Assembly (NCBI GenBank): GCA_965224485.1
Contig: CBDCZH010000010.1
Span: 288,001-352,000 of the forward strand
DNA: 64,000 nucleotides
Direction: 5' to 3'
Source: Arcobacteraceae bacterium
GTDB taxonomy: Bacteria; Campylobacterota; Campylobacteria; Campylobacterales; Arcobacteraceae
The notes beneath the pieces are model-generated. The model did no database searches, was not told the origin of the DNA, and saw nothing but the letters and a program-made list of their open reading frames with translations. Below are positions 62,148 to 64,000 of this stretch, piece after piece (positions within the stretch are counted from its first letter, which is position 1; every line of letters starts with the position of its first letter). Position numbers and translations under genes: made by a program.

Positions 62148-62921
62148 TTATAATAATAGTAATTTATTTTGTTGCTCTAAATCTATAAACCAAAGTTTGC
62201 ATAATATTTTGTATATTTTTATATATGTATTTAGTTTTTTTATATCTTTTGTTTTTACTTTTTTATTGTAAGTTTTTATTAAAATATTTTTTTGTTTTTT
62301 GTTTAGTTTAAACTCATGTGCTATTGTAGCAAGGTCGAAGTATTTGTCATTTACTCCTGCGTATTCGAAGTCTATGAATTTTATTGTTTTTTTGTGAAAT
62401 AGAATGTTTTTTGGGTTTAAATCATGATGTGTTGTTACTAGGTTTATTTTATAGTTTTTTAGTTTTTTTATTTCTTGTTTTAAGATTTTTATTAGAATTT
62501 TTGATTTTTGATTTTTTAAAGATCTTTTATAATATTTTAAATCTTTTTTTAAATCATAAGCTCTTACCTTTGATTTAATTTTATGTAGTTTTTTTATATT
62601 TTTTACTAGTTTCTTTAGTTCTTTATTTTTTAATTTATTTTTATGTTTACCTTCTAAATACGTACAAACCATAAATTTTTTTGTTAAAAGTAAGGGAGCT
62701 GCAGCTAGGTTTTTTCTAGCTGCTTTTTTTTGAGTTTCATATTCAAACTCTCTACTTATATTAACGCTGTTATTATTTTTAAATACTCTTATTAAATACT
62801 TTTTATTTTTGCTTTTTAATAAATAGTTTGTATTACAAAAACCTTGTTCTTTTAAGAGTTCAAGTTTAAGTAGTTTTATATTTTTAAAAAGTTTATATTT
62901 TTTAAGAGTTTTAATAGTCAT
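62148..62921 (-). CDS. choline/thiamine kinase-like phosphotransferase
   Basis: HHDLNPKN, IDFEYA, YFDLA; coupled to pnuC-like gene. Confidence 0.8.
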   Translation of the reverse strand: MTIKTLKKYKLFKNIKLLKLELLKEQGFCNTNYLLKSKNKKYLIRVFKNNNSVNISREFEYETQKKAARKNLAAAPLLLTKKFMVCTYLEGKHKNKLKNKELKKLVKNIKKLHKIKSKVRAYDLKKDLKYYKRSLKNQKSKILIKILKQEIKKLKNYKINLVTTHHDLNPKNILFHKKTIKFIDFEYAGVNDKYFDLATIAHEFKLNKKQKNILIKTYNKKVKTKDIKKLNTYIKIYKILCKLWFIDLEQQNKLLLL

Positions 62922-63542
62922 TTATAAAACAGCTCTTTCATTCATTAGCTCTTTTTTCCAAGACATATAAGCTACCAGTGCTAAGATAGTATATAGTACA
63001 AATAAGATGGCAGTTAAATAAAAACCTTTTTGTATGTAGATGTATATAGATACAGCATCAATAACAATCCAATAAAGCCAGTTCTCAATAACTTTTTTTG
63101 TTAGCATATATGTAGCAAAAATAGCAAATACTGTTGTAAAAGAGTCCATATAAGCAAAATCTGCTTTAGTATAATTACTCATAATATAACCCAAAACTAA
63201 AGAAAGAATTGTAAGACTTATAATAATGAGTATATTTTTTTTAATAGTATAAGTACTTATGTTTAACTCTTCATTTTCTTTAAGTGCATTTGTATACTTC
63301 CAAGAGTACCAACCATATACTGCCATTAGTAAATAATAAGCATTTAAAAATGAGTCCATTAATAAAGAAGCATCAAAAAATAAAATTGCATAAATTAATG
63401 TTGAGAAGAAAGCAGCCACCCAACACCAAAGTGATTGTTTAATTGCTAGAATGATATAAGCTAAAGATAAAACCATAGCCAAAGCTTCATATGAGCTCAT
63501 GATATTTATAGTTGAGTTAATAGTATCTAATATGTTTTGCAT
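62922..63542 (-). CDS. PnuC family vitamin transporter
   Basis: YGWYSW, DSFTT, ENWLYWIVID. Confidence 0.88.
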   Translation of the reverse strand: MQNILDTINSTINIMSSYEALAMVLSLAYIILAIKQSLWCWVAAFFSTLIYAILFFDASLLMDSFLNAYYLLMAVYGWYSWKYTNALKENEELNISTYTIKKNILIIISLTILSLVLGYIMSNYTKADFAYMDSFTTVFAIFATYMLTKKVIENWLYWIVIDAVSIYIYIQKGFYLTAILFVLYTILALVAYMSWKKELMNERAVL

Positions 63543-63681
63543 ATAATTTTTTGCCTTGAAATTTAAATTATTGCAATAATAGCTAAAGAATCTAAAAGAA
63601 AAATATATATTTTTCTTTTAAAATAAATCAAAGTTTATATGAATTTAGTTAGACTCTTTTTAAATTTATTTAAGGGTTTAT

Positions 63682-64000
63682 ATGCCAGGAAGATTAGCTA
63701 TATTTGATGATAGTGATTTTAAAAAAGATTTAGAAAATATATTTATTTCTTTTAATGATGAGGTTCTAAGTTTAAAACCCTCATATAATGTAGCACCAAC
63801 AAATCAAATACCAGTTTTTTTAAACTCAAGAAAATATACCCTTGCAAGTTTTGGTTTAATTGCTTCATATGCAAAAAATGATAAAACTATTAATATTAAC
63901 GCAAGATGTGAAACAATTTTTGAAAAAGTCACTTTTAGAGAGTGTTTTAAAAATAAAAGGTGTTTGATTCCTATAAATGGCTTTTATGAATGGAAAACAC
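63682..64000 (+). CDS. SOS response-associated peptidase (SRAP/YedK/HMCES family), 5' part, runs off the window
   Basis: not in ORF track; translated by hand as MPGR...YNVAPT...INARCET...KRCLIPINGFYEWK. Confidence 0.88.
   Translation, partial: MPGRLAIFDDSDFKKDLENIFISFNDEVLSLKPSYNVAPTNQIPVFLNSRKYTLASFGLIASYAKNDKTININARCETIFEKVTFRECFKNKRCLIPINGFYEWKT

Noticed and set aside
5023..62578. Short antisense or alternate-frame ORFs (e.g. 5023, 10137, 11837, 17286, 26921, 31697, 40926, 43337, 44403, 56082, 62384)
   Set aside because: Shadows of well-supported genes or the tRNA, with no motifs or RBS support
63543..63681. TPP riboswitch upstream of the pnuC-like gene
   Set aside because: No CTGAGA or GCGTAGG-type core on the minus strand; the region is almost pure AT

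Overview
AT-rich chromosomal window from a Campylobacterota bacterium, most likely Arcobacteraceae (judged from gene order and protein similarity, not from a database search). It is mostly housekeeping DNA: a YefM/YoeB toxin-antitoxin pair inside the end of a glycan cluster, ADP-heptose genes, apt, trpB, pepA, a TonB receptor/AraC pair, ychF, recO, thiL, truD, ruvA-ddl-murF, tRNA-Ser(GGA), the S10-spc ribosomal operon through secY-map-infA, aspS, adk, alr, uvrC and two chemoreceptors. The most unusual items are: (1) a 1.3 kb non-coding block (33.84-35.10 kb) with three diverged copies of a ~220-300 nt structured element whose stems covary, inside a small accessory island next to a colicin Z-like gene and two SecD-head-like paralogues; (2) two four-helix-bundle (IVP/Avd-like) genes in housekeeping operons, each bracketed by inverted arrays of 7- or 8-mer repeats; (3) a SRAP/HMCES-family gene with Pro in place of the catalytic Cys2; (4) an ERIC-like 141 bp foldback element between uvrC and a frameshifted HEPN-like gene. 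No CRISPR array, rRNA, integrase or transposase was seen.
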